A model generated the notes under the pieces. It made no database searches and had not been told where the DNA came from. It worked only from the letters and a program-made list of their open reading frames with translations. Position numbers and translations under genes: made by a program. From Clostridiales bacterium (GTDB lineage: Bacteria; Bacillota; Clostridia; Saccharofermentanales; Saccharofermentanaceae), in the NCBI GenBank assembly GCA_017513085.1, contig JAFWDK010000009.1, forward strand, positions 32,001 through 96,000: DNA of 64,000 nt. The letters are read 5' to 3'. This document shows positions 20,423 through 29,503 of this stretch, piece by piece (the stretch's first letter is position 1; each line of letters opens with the position of its first letter).

Positions 20423-22012
20423 ATGAATCACGGAAGAGTTTCAAAGCTGAGAATACTTGCTTTGTTGATCGTCGGCGCTCTTTTGTTGCCGATGGCAGCA
20501 TGCAAAGGAAAAAATAATAGCGAGCTTCGGCGCAAGTGTGAAGGCGCAGTCGAAGATTATTTCGAATATCTTAAGAGAGGAAAGAATGAGAAGCTTTCCA
20601 GGTACATTGATCCTTCCGAGGATAAATTCCAGCAACTGGATGATTCGGAACAAAGCAAAGTCTTTTTGATCTACCAGAAGACGATCACATATGAGATCGA
20701 CACGGTGTCTTTGGATGGAAATGATGCGGTCGTAAAAGTCTATACGACCGTTCGTGATGCAACCGATGTTAACCGGACACTTGGTTCTGCGCCAACGGCA
20801 AGTGATGTGGAAGAAGCGGTCGATAAGATCAGTGCTTCGATCAATAAAACATTGGAGCTGGAATTGACTTATGATAAATCGTCCGAACGGTTTCAACTGC
20901 TTTCTTCCGATGACATCTACAACATGATCGATAAGCAGGCCTCGAAGATCTATGATAAGCTCACCAAAGGGGAGAAGACGGACGGCTCGGATTATGCGGA
21001 TGAATTTGCCAGGGCACTTCAGCAGTTTGATCTGAAGTATATTTCGTCGCATACTGATCTTCAGATCGACGGAGACTATGATACTGATAATCAGCAGGAA
21101 TTCTACAAGATCGAGATGAATACGCTTCAGTATTCTTATACCGTTAACGATTCTTCCGCCGACTATACTGTGGTCACATTTCATTTTTCGAAAAAGAATG
21201 GTGAAGAGGCATTTGAAAGCGTCATGAGTGATAAGTCTGCGATCTGTGAACTGATAACACCATATGTTCAGGCTGTCGTGAAAGGGGAGGATTTCGATAC
21301 ACCGAGATTTAATATATTTTCATATCTGGATGTGAATGCGATTTGCGATAATTTTGCTACGGCGTTGAATTTGACATCTACTGTCAATTGCGATGTTCAA
21401 TGCAAGATTACCTATAATGGTAAAAATGGCGCCAAATATGAATTTGAAGATGATCTGGATGGTGTTCTTCCGGCTAAAGATTGCATGGATTTCATGCCTG
21501 ATTATTCGATAGATGAACAAAATGAAATGTTTCAGGGCGCGTCGAAGAATGCTCTGGAAGCCGGCCTGATCTCTGAGAAAGACTATAATGATCTTGTCAA
21601 AACTTTTTCTGCCTATCCACTTTCGGATGAGCAAGTCCAGGACATCCTTACCAAGCATGGCCTGACCCAGGAGCAGAACACAGTTGTTTCCGATCCGAGT
21701 ATGTACTTCAGCAATGGAGAGGATATTATGGTGAATATTGAGGTATGTGATTCTTTTGAAGACGCGTATGAAAAGATGGTTGAGTATATCGAAGATGCCA
21801 AAAATGATTTTAGAAATGGTGATGCTTCCGGAAAGATAGAAGGCGGCCCGTTAGACTTGGATGTCTTTGCAAATGTAAACGGAGAAGAAGTAAGGATCTT
21901 CGGATGTGTCATCCAAAACAGGGTCTATGTCCTGCAATTGCTTGGCGGACGGACTGGGGAAGAAGTGAATGAATTTGAGGCTCTGCTCGAAGAACTCAAA
22001 CTCGTTGCTTGA
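20423..22012 (+). CDS. Acidic lipoprotein with tandem NTF2-like (DUF4878/DUF5105-like) domains
   Basis: Lipobox MAAC after a hydrophobic segment; two AVEDYFEYLK / ADEFARALQ-type starts, each followed by ITYEI..V..A.V.V-like strands; RBS AAGGAG. Confidence 0.65.
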   Translation: MNHGRVSKLRILALLIVGALLLPMAACKGKNNSELRRKCEGAVEDYFEYLKRGKNEKLSRYIDPSEDKFQQLDDSEQSKVFLIYQKTITYEIDTVSLDGNDAVVKVYTTVRDATDVNRTLGSAPTASDVEEAVDKISASINKTLELELTYDKSSERFQLLSSDDIYNMIDKQASKIYDKLTKGEKTDGSDYADEFARALQQFDLKYISSHTDLQIDGDYDTDNQQEFYKIEMNTLQYSYTVNDSSADYTVVTFHFSKKNGEEAFESVMSDKSAICELITPYVQAVVKGEDFDTPRFNIFSYLDVNAICDNFATALNLTSTVNCDVQCKITYNGKNGAKYEFEDDLDGVLPAKDCMDFMPDYSIDEQNEMFQGASKNALEAGLISEKDYNDLVKTFSAYPLSDEQVQDILTKHGLTQEQNTVVSDPSMYFSNGEDIMVNIEVCDSFEDAYEKMVEYIEDAKNDFRNGDASGKIEGGPLDLDVFANVNGEEVRIFGCVIQNRVYVLQLLGGRTGEEVNEFEALLEELKLVA

Positions 22013-22081
22013 ATTTTTCAGTATGCAAAGATAAACTTTTAAGTAGTAGAACAAATTGCTTTGAAATGAAGGAGGACTCTT

Positions 22082-22879
22082 ATGAATTGTATCAATTGCG
22101 GTAACCCGGTAAGAGAAGGGGACGTTTTTTGCATGAATTGCGGTTTTAAGCTTGCAGATGCAGCTGCGGCGGCACCGGTAGAAACGACACAGGTTCCGGA
22201 AACGCCTGTATATGAAGCACCTGCTGCGCCTGTAGCCGAAGCGCCGGCTTTTGAAGCACCGGTGGCACCTGTAGCGGAGACTCCTGCTTTTGAAGCACCG
22301 GTTGCTCCTGTCGCCGAAGCTCCTGCTTTCGAAGCACCGGTTGCTCCTGTCGCCGAAGCTCCTGCCTTTGAGGCACCTGCTGCACCGGTCGCGGAAGCGC
22401 CTGCTTTTGAAGCACCGGCATATGAGGCACCTGCAGCTCCTGTAGCCGAAGCACCTGCCTCTGAAGCGCCGGCATATGAAGCACCTGCAGCTCCTGTAGC
22501 CGAAGCACCCGCCTTTGAGGCGCCTGTTGCGGAACCAGCATCTGCAAATACTTTTGACGCGGCAGCTGTAGCGGCTCCGGTTGCGGCAGTAGCAGCAGCT
22601 CCGATCGCAGCTATGGAAGATGCTCTTCCTGAACCGCCGCCGTTCCAGCCATCTCAGCCGGTTCAGCCGGAATTTGCAGAAGGCACTGCCTCTACACCTA
22701 TCAATGATGCTTCCGCTTATCCGAATCAGTTCGCAGGCGGAGGAGCCGGCCCGGTACCTGGCGCTGAAGCTCCTTCGGCGGCCAAGAGTGCGGCGGATGA
22801 GCTTTTCACCAGAAAGGAATGGAAAGATTCCCGCGTGAACAATGGTGGCATCGTCAACCAGGGTCCGAAGAAGTTCTGA
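22082..22879 (+). CDS. Zinc-ribbon protein with Glu/Ala/Pro-rich repeats
   Basis: CINCG...FCMNCG N-terminus, strong RBS AAGGAGG and [13 protein letters not shown] repeats. Confidence 0.8.
   Translation: MNCINCGNPVREGDVFCMNCGFKLADAAAAAPVETTQVPETPVYEAPAAPVAEAPAFEAPVAPVAETPAFEAPVAPVAEAPAFEAPVAPVAEAPAFEAPAAPVAEAPAFEAPAYEAPAAPVAEAPASEAPAYEAPAAPVAEAPAFEAPVAEPASANTFDAAAVAAPVAAVAAAPIAAMEDALPEPPPFQPSQPVQPEFAEGTASTPINDASAYPNQFAGGGAGPVPGAEAPSAAKSAADELFTRKEWKDSRVNNGGIVNQGPKKF
22199..22537 (+). repeat. ~8 degenerate 39-bp tandem repeats ([13 protein letters not shown]), two with a 15-bp EAPAY insert
   Basis: Units start at 22199, 22238, 22277, 22316, 22355, 22394, 22448 and 22502. Confidence 0.85.
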
Positions 22880-22901
22880 TGAAGGATCAATAAGGAATAC
22901 G

Positions 22902-22938
22902 AGGAACTGTTTTTTGCAAAAGAACAGTTCCTTTTTTT
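22902..22938 (+). terminator. Intrinsic terminator
   Basis: AGGAACTGTT...AACAGTTCCTTTTTTT. Confidence 0.85.
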
Positions 22939-23016
22939 ATTTTATGAAGTGGACATTACCGTCAGAAAATGTATAATTATTGAAAGAGCTTTTATGCGTT
23001 TTTGGAGGATATATAG

Positions 23017-24117
23017 ATGAAAACATGTCCGAGATGTAATCAGACGATGGACGATTCGTTTACATTGTGCGGATCTTGTGGAGCGCCGTTGCTTGATGGA
23101 GAACCTGAGTTTGGGGATGAAACAACAGGGTCAGCAGCGGGAGAGGACAGGGAAGAAATGAGACCTTCTCTTTCGCATTCCGCGTCCGAAGATCACAAAG
23201 AAGAACAACCACCACAACACTTATCACCTTTTGGTTCCGGTACCCGAGCAAAACCTTCGCCTTTCCATAAAAATGGTGAGGAGCTAGGTTCTTTTGAGAG
23301 AACAAGAAGCAGCGAGAGACCGAATCTGCCGAATCTTACTTCGCAGCCGGTTCAGTCCATGCGAAAGAATAAACCGACCGGTTATCCGGATCAGTATGAA
23401 GCGGCTGCGGAAGAGGGCGGTCACGGTGAGGATGATTTTGTACCGATCCCGCCATTTGCTTCACACGAAGCACAGATGGAATCCCCGTTTAAGTCTTCTG
23501 CATTTAAGAGCAATTCCGGTTCGAATGCAAGTGAATCCAGACCGGCCCCGGCTCCGAGAGTCCAGCCGGCGCCTGTTCCGTCTTCTCCGAATTCGATTTT
23601 TGATTCAAATAAGACAGGATATGAACATACCAAGCCTTGTCCTCGTTGCGGCGCAATGACATTCCCGTATGATGAGAAGTGCATCTCCTGCGGTTATCGT
23701 TTGATGAAGATCAGAAGGATCAACGTCGGAGCTGTTATTGCGGCACTTGCCTATGCGGTTTGCGTTCTGCTTCCGTTCATTTCGGCAAAGATTGCCGGTA
23801 CGAGTGAGTCGTTAACTCTTCTGGGTACTACGGAAGGATATCTTGTTTTTGCATTATCCGCCATTGTCTTCGTTATTGCACTGACAGGAAGAAATGCTTT
23901 TATTGTGGCACTGGGAGGTATATCGTTGATGTTATCCTTCTATATATCTTCCGTACGTGTATATCAGATCGCCGAATCCAAGTGGGGCGAAGCAATCTTC
24001 AAAAATGATATCAGTTACTATCTTCTCTATGCAGCGTCCGTTGCGATCCTGATCACCGGATTGGTTGGTCTGGTCAATTCTATTGGCAGAAACAGAGAGA
24101 AGATGAATGAGTATTAA
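23017..24117 (+). CDS. Double zinc-ribbon membrane protein
   Basis: CPRC..CGSCG and CPRCG..CISCG ribbons flank a disordered Pro/Ser linker; four hydrophobic C-terminal helices; RBS GGAGG. Confidence 0.75.
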   Translation: MKTCPRCNQTMDDSFTLCGSCGAPLLDGEPEFGDETTGSAAGEDREEMRPSLSHSASEDHKEEQPPQHLSPFGSGTRAKPSPFHKNGEELGSFERTRSSERPNLPNLTSQPVQSMRKNKPTGYPDQYEAAAEEGGHGEDDFVPIPPFASHEAQMESPFKSSAFKSNSGSNASESRPAPAPRVQPAPVPSSPNSIFDSNKTGYEHTKPCPRCGAMTFPYDEKCISCGYRLMKIRRINVGAVIAALAYAVCVLLPFISAKIAGTSESLTLLGTTEGYLVFALSAIVFVIALTGRNAFIVALGGISLMLSFYISSVRVYQIAESKWGEAIFKNDISYYLLYAASVAILITGLVGLVNSIGRNREKMNEY

Positions 24118-24148
24118 GAGTAGTAAGAGATAATTAAGGAGGCCATGA

Positions 24149-24724
24149 ATGGGACTGTTTGACAATATTTCGAATACTGTTTCCGGAGCAGTGGATCTTG
24201 CCAATTCCGTAGCTTCTCAAGAGACGAAAAAGACCGTGGTTTTTCAGGAGATGCCTGAGAATCTTGCTCAACTGCAGGCGCTTCCGGAGGCTGCAATGAA
24301 GAATCCTCTCGATGTTGCGGCTCTGACTGTAGCAGCGCTTTGTGTCTATCCGTATAATAAAGAAGCTTCGATTGAAATGTTGAACTTCCTGAAGGGACCT
24401 CAGCCATTGTCCAATGCGGAGATCTCGTTTATTGCTGATCGTTTCCGTGATTCCGATTATGTGCCGCGTTCGTATTTGAATGGCGCGACTCCGCAGAATA
24501 ACTATATGCCGCAGCGTCCGTATTCGGTTACAGTATACGAGACACCGCATAGCCGTGATAATCTCAATGAAGGCTATATGACGATCTATATCACCTCCGG
24601 TGGCGCAGATAGCCCGAGATATGTTCGTCTTCGTACTAAGCCGTCTACAGGTGAATGGTTCCTCTGGGAGCAGTTCCTTCTGGTGGGTATTCGCGTGCCG
24701 GACGCGCAGAATCCGTGGGCATAA
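24149..24724 (+). CDS. Conserved hypothetical protein (DUF6935-like)
   Basis: RBS AAGGAGG. The pattern AALTVAALC, LKGPQPLS, RSYLNGATPQNNY, SGGADSPR, WFLWEQ...PWA is recognised from memory. Confidence 0.65.
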   Translation: MGLFDNISNTVSGAVDLANSVASQETKKTVVFQEMPENLAQLQALPEAAMKNPLDVAALTVAALCVYPYNKEASIEMLNFLKGPQPLSNAEISFIADRFRDSDYVPRSYLNGATPQNNYMPQRPYSVTVYETPHSRDNLNEGYMTIYITSGGADSPRYVRLRTKPSTGEWFLWEQFLLVGIRVPDAQNPWA

Positions 24725-24730
24725 GAAGAA

Positions 24731-25408
24731 ATGACATATAAGATCCTGGTAGTGGAAGATGATTTCACGATAGCATCCGAGCTGAAGACTATGATGACGG
24801 GCTGGGGCTATGATGTCAAACTGACGGAAAACTTTGAAGATATCCTCGGTGAGTTCGAGACATTTCAACCGCATCTGGTCCTTATGGATATCGGGCTTCC
24901 ATTCGCAAACGGCTTTATCCGTTGCGGAAAGATCCGTGAGATATCGAAGGTTCCGGTAATTTTCCTGTCGTCTGCGTCTGATAATATCAATCTGGTGACG
25001 GCAATCAATATGGGCGCGGATGATTTTGTAGCCAAGCCTTTTGATTTCAGCGTGCTGACAGCTAAGATCATGGCTGTGCTTCGTCGTGCATATGCTTTTT
25101 CAGAAGAGAAGAGTGATGTGATCGAGTATCGCGGTGCTTCCTATAATGCTTCCGATTCGACGATCACGATCAATGGAAACAAGGTTGAACTGACTAAGAA
25201 TGAGAACCGTATCATGTCGGCACTCCTTTCAGCGAAGGGAAGTATTGTTTCCCGTAATTCATTGATGCAGCAGCTGTGGGATGACGATTGCTTCGTAGAT
25301 GAGAATACGCTGTCCGTGAATATGAACCGCCTTCGTAAGAAACTGGAAGCGGCAGGGCTTGCTGATTTTATCGTGACGAAGAAAGGGCAGGGCTATATCA
25401 TTGAATAA
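24731..25408 (+). CDS. OmpR-family response regulator, BceR/GraR-like
   Basis: KILVVEDD, LMDIGLP, GADDFVAKPF and DENTLSVNMNRLRKKL. Confidence 0.92.
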   Translation: MTYKILVVEDDFTIASELKTMMTGWGYDVKLTENFEDILGEFETFQPHLVLMDIGLPFANGFIRCGKIREISKVPVIFLSSASDNINLVTAINMGADDFVAKPFDFSVLTAKIMAVLRRAYAFSEEKSDVIEYRGASYNASDSTITINGNKVELTKNENRIMSALLSAKGSIVSRNSLMQQLWDDDCFVDENTLSVNMNRLRKKLEAAGLADFIVTKKGQGYIIE

Positions 25409-26417
25409 ACGTGTTTTCCTTGCCTATATTCGAAGCCGCTTCGGTGTGATCGTAAGCGGCATTGCCTGTGTGCTGGTCGTTCTGCTGATATGCTGGATCT
25501 ATGGTTTTTCGCTGATGCCGGCCGTTCTCAGTGCAGCGACACTTCTGCTCCTTGGTGCGATGATCGGTATGGTCGGATACAGAAAGTATGCCAAGAAACA
25601 TGATTCTCTGGAAAAAGGAAAAGCATTTCCGCAGGCGGTGGCCGAGGAATTCAGTGCGTCCGAGGAAGTGCCGGAAAGTGTCGAAGAAAAGGTAGACCTG
25701 ATCGAACAGGATTATCGCGATCTTCTGGTAAATCTTTCCGATGAATTGTCCCGTGTAAAAGAAGAGAATGCGTCGAGCTACAATGCGATGCTGGATTACT
25801 ATACGATGTGGGTGCATCAGATCAAGACACCGATCGCAGCACTGTCTCTGATCATACAGAACATGGAAGACCAGAAGACAGCGAGTCGTCTGCGTTCCCA
25901 GCTTATACATGTCGAGAACTATGCCGATATGGCGCTGAACTATCTGCGTCTGGGCTCGGAGAGTAATGACCTTCAGTTTACCGGTGTCAATGTGGATGAG
26001 GTTGTCCGTGCGGAGATCCGCCGTGCTATGACGATGTTTACGACGAAAGGTCTTTCTGTGGACTTTACTCCTTCCGATCTGGAAGTGAAGACGGATAAAA
26101 AGTGGCTGGGATTCATTATCAGCCAGCTTCTCTCCAATGCGATCAAGTATCAGAAGACCGGTACGATCCATTTTTACGGAGATAAGGATTCGACTTCCTT
26201 CACGATCGAAGATGAAGGTATCGGCATTGCCAAAGAAGACCTGCCTCGTATCTTTGAGAAGGGCTATACGGGATATAACGGGCATAATGAAAAGAAGTCC
26301 ACGGGACTCGGACTATATCTGGTCAAGAAGGCCGCCGACCTGATCTCCGCGCAAGTGCTTTTTGATTCGGAAGTGGGAAAAGGAACGAAAGTGACGATAC
26401 GCTTCGGAAATAAGTGA
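25401..26417 (+). CDS. Intramembrane-sensing histidine kinase, BceS/GraS-like
   Basis: Two close N-terminal TM helices; WVHQIKTP H-box; TDKKWL, SNAIKY, FEKGYTG and STGLGLYL. Confidence 0.92.
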   Translation: MNKRVFLAYIRSRFGVIVSGIACVLVVLLICWIYGFSLMPAVLSAATLLLLGAMIGMVGYRKYAKKHDSLEKGKAFPQAVAEEFSASEEVPESVEEKVDLIEQDYRDLLVNLSDELSRVKEENASSYNAMLDYYTMWVHQIKTPIAALSLIIQNMEDQKTASRLRSQLIHVENYADMALNYLRLGSESNDLQFTGVNVDEVVRAEIRRAMTMFTTKGLSVDFTPSDLEVKTDKKWLGFIISQLLSNAIKYQKTGTIHFYGDKDSTSFTIEDEGIGIAKEDLPRIFEKGYTGYNGHNEKKSTGLGLYLVKKAADLISAQVLFDSEVGKGTKVTIRFGNK

Positions 26418-26432
26418 TTATCTTTCAATCAG

Positions 26433-26517
26433 ATCCCAATCTTACGAAAATGTAAGATTGGGGATTTTTATGTAAGGTAAATCGATGGAACGACAGACTG
26501 CCGGAAGTGTAAGATTG
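26433..26517 (+). promoter_or_regulatory. BceR-type binding site and hairpin upstream of the ABC transporter
   Basis: CTTACG-AAAA-TGTAAG at 26441-26456 resembles TNACA-N4-TGTAA and lies inside a longer inverted repeat followed by a T-run. Further TGTAAG half-sites at 26471 and 26508. Confidence 0.75.
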
Positions 26518-26574
26518 TCATGAAGTACAAGGATGGCGGGTCAAGGGGAGCCGCCAAAAGAGAGGAGACATAGC

Positions 26575-27348
26575 ATGTCAATGTTAGAGGTGAATAACCT
26601 GAAGAAAGTCTACACAACGCGTTTCGGTGGAAACAAAGTGACGGCGCTGCAGAACGTAAATCTCACGGTAGAAAAAGGTGAGTATGTAGCGATCATGGGT
26701 GAATCCGGTTCCGGTAAAACGACGCTCCTGAACATCATTGCGACGTTGGATAAGCCGACCGAGGGCGAAGTGATCCTGGACGGAAAGAAGATGAGTTCCA
26801 TCAAGGAAAAAGCACTGGCGCAGTTCCGGCGTGAACGTCTGGGGTTTGTCTTTCAGGAATTCAATCTTCTTGATAATTTCTCTGTGCGTGACAATATCTA
26901 CCTGCCGCTTGTTTTGGCAGGATTGCATCATTCCGAGATGGAAGAACGCATCAAGCCGATCGCGGAGAAACTGGGCATCACTCCCTTGCTGGAAAAGTTT
27001 CCGTATGAGATCTCCGGCGGACAGAAACAGCGCGTGGCTGTGGCGCGTGCTGTGATCACCAAGCCGGAGCTGGTTTTGGCGGATGAACCGACAGGCGCAC
27101 TGGATTCACGTTCTACTGATGAACTTTTGGAGCAGTTTGCCAACATTAACAAGGAAGGCCAGACGATCCTGATGGTCACCCACTCCATTAAAGCCGCCAG
27201 CACTTCCGGACGAGTGCTTTTCATAAAGGACGGTATCGTTTATCACCAGATCTATCGTGGAAACGAGAGCAACAGCGAGTTCTACAGAAGGATCTCGGAT
27301 TCTCTGACGGCCCTCATGGGCGACGGCGTGCAGACCGTGAAGGATTGA
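26575..27348 (+). CDS. BceA-type ABC transporter ATP-binding protein
   Basis: GESGSGKTT, ISGGQKQR, ADEPTGALD and MVTH; start MSMLEV after AGAGGAG. Confidence 0.92.
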   Translation: MSMLEVNNLKKVYTTRFGGNKVTALQNVNLTVEKGEYVAIMGESGSGKTTLLNIIATLDKPTEGEVILDGKKMSSIKEKALAQFRRERLGFVFQEFNLLDNFSVRDNIYLPLVLAGLHHSEMEERIKPIAEKLGITPLLEKFPYEISGGQKQRVAVARAVITKPELVLADEPTGALDSRSTDELLEQFANINKEGQTILMVTHSIKAASTSGRVLFIKDGIVYHQIYRGNESNSEFYRRISDSLTALMGDGVQTVKD

Positions 27349-27364
27349 GCCGGAGGAGAACACG

Positions 27365-29380
27365 ATGAAAAGCATTTACAAGAATCTTGCGCGCAATGCG
27401 CTCAGCAAGAATAAGATCATATATGTTCCGTATATCATATCGAGTATCATGATGATCACGATTTCATTCATCATCTTTAACCTTGCCGTGGATAAGGTGA
27501 TCGGGGGTATCAACGGTGGTGCTTCTCTTCAGATGATGATGAGATTCGGCATATTCATCATGTACATGATCAGTTTCTTTTTCCTTAACAGCGTCAGCCG
27601 TTTCGTGATCAAACAGAGAAAAAAAGAACTGGGTCTTTATAGTGTTCTCGGCATGCAGAAAAAGCACATCATGCGTGTACAGTTTATCGAGAATCTGTAT
27701 GTGTATATTCTCAGCGCGATCCCAGGTACGATCATCGGTGTGGTGATCTCGAAGATCCTTCAGCTGATGGTCCTGAAGATCTATAACTGTGAAGCCGATT
27801 TCGGATGGGAGATCAATTGGATGCCGATCCTTGTCAACCTCGCTGTTTTCGGTTTCTTCTACCTCCTTTTCTTCCTGGTGAACTGTATCAGTATTCTTCG
27901 TACCAATACGCTGGAGTACATGAAGGAAGAGGCGAAAGGTGAGAAGAGACCGAAGTCAAACTGGCTTTTGGCTATCGCAGGTGTCATTTTCCTTGGCTCC
28001 GGCTACGCATTGGCGATCCGTTCACAGACTGCCATGGATGCATTTTCCTTTTTCTTCTTCGCCGTTTCGCTGGTTATTTTCGGCACGATCTGTCTCTTTA
28101 CTGCGGGGTCGATCACGATCTTGAATACATTAAAGAAAAAGAAGGATTACTATTACAAGACCGGGCATTTCATCTCGGTATCCGGTATGCTCTACAGAAT
28201 GAAAAGAAACGCGTCGACGTTGGCAACGATCTGTATTTTTGCCACAATGGTGCTGGTAACCATCTCTTCGGTTATGACGTTGTACAGCACGATCAGGACA
28301 CGTGCCGAGGAATGGTATCGAGTGGATTTCGATGTCGTTTATGAAACATGCAGTGACGAGCAGATGCAGGAGAACATCGAGAAATTGATAAAAGGCGCGG
28401 AGAAGATCGGAATGAATATCGATCAGATCATTCCGTACAAGTACTACAATGCATACGCAAATTTCAAGGATGGTGTACTTCTTACATATCCTGCTTATCC
28501 GAATACGAGCGTGATCGAAACCTTTACGCTTTCGCTGGATCTATATAATCTCGTAAACAAGAGTGATGTGACTCTTGAGAAGGACCAGATCGGTTACTTT
28601 GTCATGAATGGCCCAAAGATTTCCGGGGAGATCTCGTACCAGACCGTAAATGCGGCGTATGACCAATACTCAGAAAAATCGAAAGCCTTCACGCTTGTGG
28701 AACTCGATGAAGCACCGCAGTTCAGTTATGGTGCCTCCATTACCTTGACAGAAGGGACATATTTCTTCGTTGCTCCAGATCAGGAAACACTCGATTCTCT
28801 CCGTGCTTATTTCAGCCAGTCAATCGTTGAGTACGAAGATGCAAGAATACGTGTTCTTGTGAATACGGATGCTGATGAAGAGACACAGCAGCGCTATTAC
28901 GATGAAATCAATACGAATCAGAAAGACTATGGGTTTATGTATGCCTATAGCCGCCTGGAGGATCTCCACGAAGTGATCGGGATCTATGGTGGTCTGTTCT
29001 TCCTGGGTATATTCCTGAGCATTGCGTTCCTGACGATCACGATCCTGAACATGTACTTCAGCCAGCTTCTGCAGGGATATGAAGATACGAAGCGTTTTGC
29101 GATCATGAGAAAGGTCGGATTGAGCCGGAAAGAAATCAAAAAATCGATCAATTCGCAGATCGTCATTGTTTTCCTTCTGCCGCTAGTTGTCGCGGTGATC
29201 CATACGATGGCTGCCTTCCCGATGGTCAATCGTATCCTGAGTCTCCTGGGAGGATGTAAGCCTGAGCGCTTCCTGCTCGTTCTCGGTGCATGTGTGGCCG
29301 TGTTCGCACTGGTCTACACGATCGCGTACTTCTTCACAAGAAGGACGTATCTGAGACTGGTCAGTGGTGCGAAACAGTGA
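27365..29380 (+). CDS. BceB-type ABC transporter permease (FtsX-like)
   Basis: About 10 TM helices with a large extracellular loop; KQRKKELGLYSVLGM, YRMKRNA and MRKVGL...FLLP. Confidence 0.9.
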   Translation: MKSIYKNLARNALSKNKIIYVPYIISSIMMITISFIIFNLAVDKVIGGINGGASLQMMMRFGIFIMYMISFFFLNSVSRFVIKQRKKELGLYSVLGMQKKHIMRVQFIENLYVYILSAIPGTIIGVVISKILQLMVLKIYNCEADFGWEINWMPILVNLAVFGFFYLLFFLVNCISILRTNTLEYMKEEAKGEKRPKSNWLLAIAGVIFLGSGYALAIRSQTAMDAFSFFFFAVSLVIFGTICLFTAGSITILNTLKKKKDYYYKTGHFISVSGMLYRMKRNASTLATICIFATMVLVTISSVMTLYSTIRTRAEEWYRVDFDVVYETCSDEQMQENIEKLIKGAEKIGMNIDQIIPYKYYNAYANFKDGVLLTYPAYPNTSVIETFTLSLDLYNLVNKSDVTLEKDQIGYFVMNGPKISGEISYQTVNAAYDQYSEKSKAFTLVELDEAPQFSYGASITLTEGTYFFVAPDQETLDSLRAYFSQSIVEYEDARIRVLVNTDADEETQQRYYDEINTNQKDYGFMYAYSRLEDLHEVIGIYGGLFFLGIFLSIAFLTITILNMYFSQLLQGYEDTKRFAIMRKVGLSRKEIKKSINSQIVIVFLLPLVVAVIHTMAAFPMVNRILSLLGGCKPERFLLVLGACVAVFALVYTIAYFFTRRTYLRLVSGAKQ

Positions 29381-29503
29381 CGTTACATCCGGAAGATTTA
29401 TGTAGGACGTAAAACGACACAATACAACACAAAAATGGTACACCACAATACCTCCGGTAAGGTAGAATACTATGTATGAGATTCGACTTGCCGGAGGTTT
29501 TTT

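Noticed and set aside
22199-22537. Tandem repeats as a CRISPR array (also 14748-15410)
   Set aside because: They are in-frame coding repeats with synonymous variation, with no unique spacers and no cas genes.
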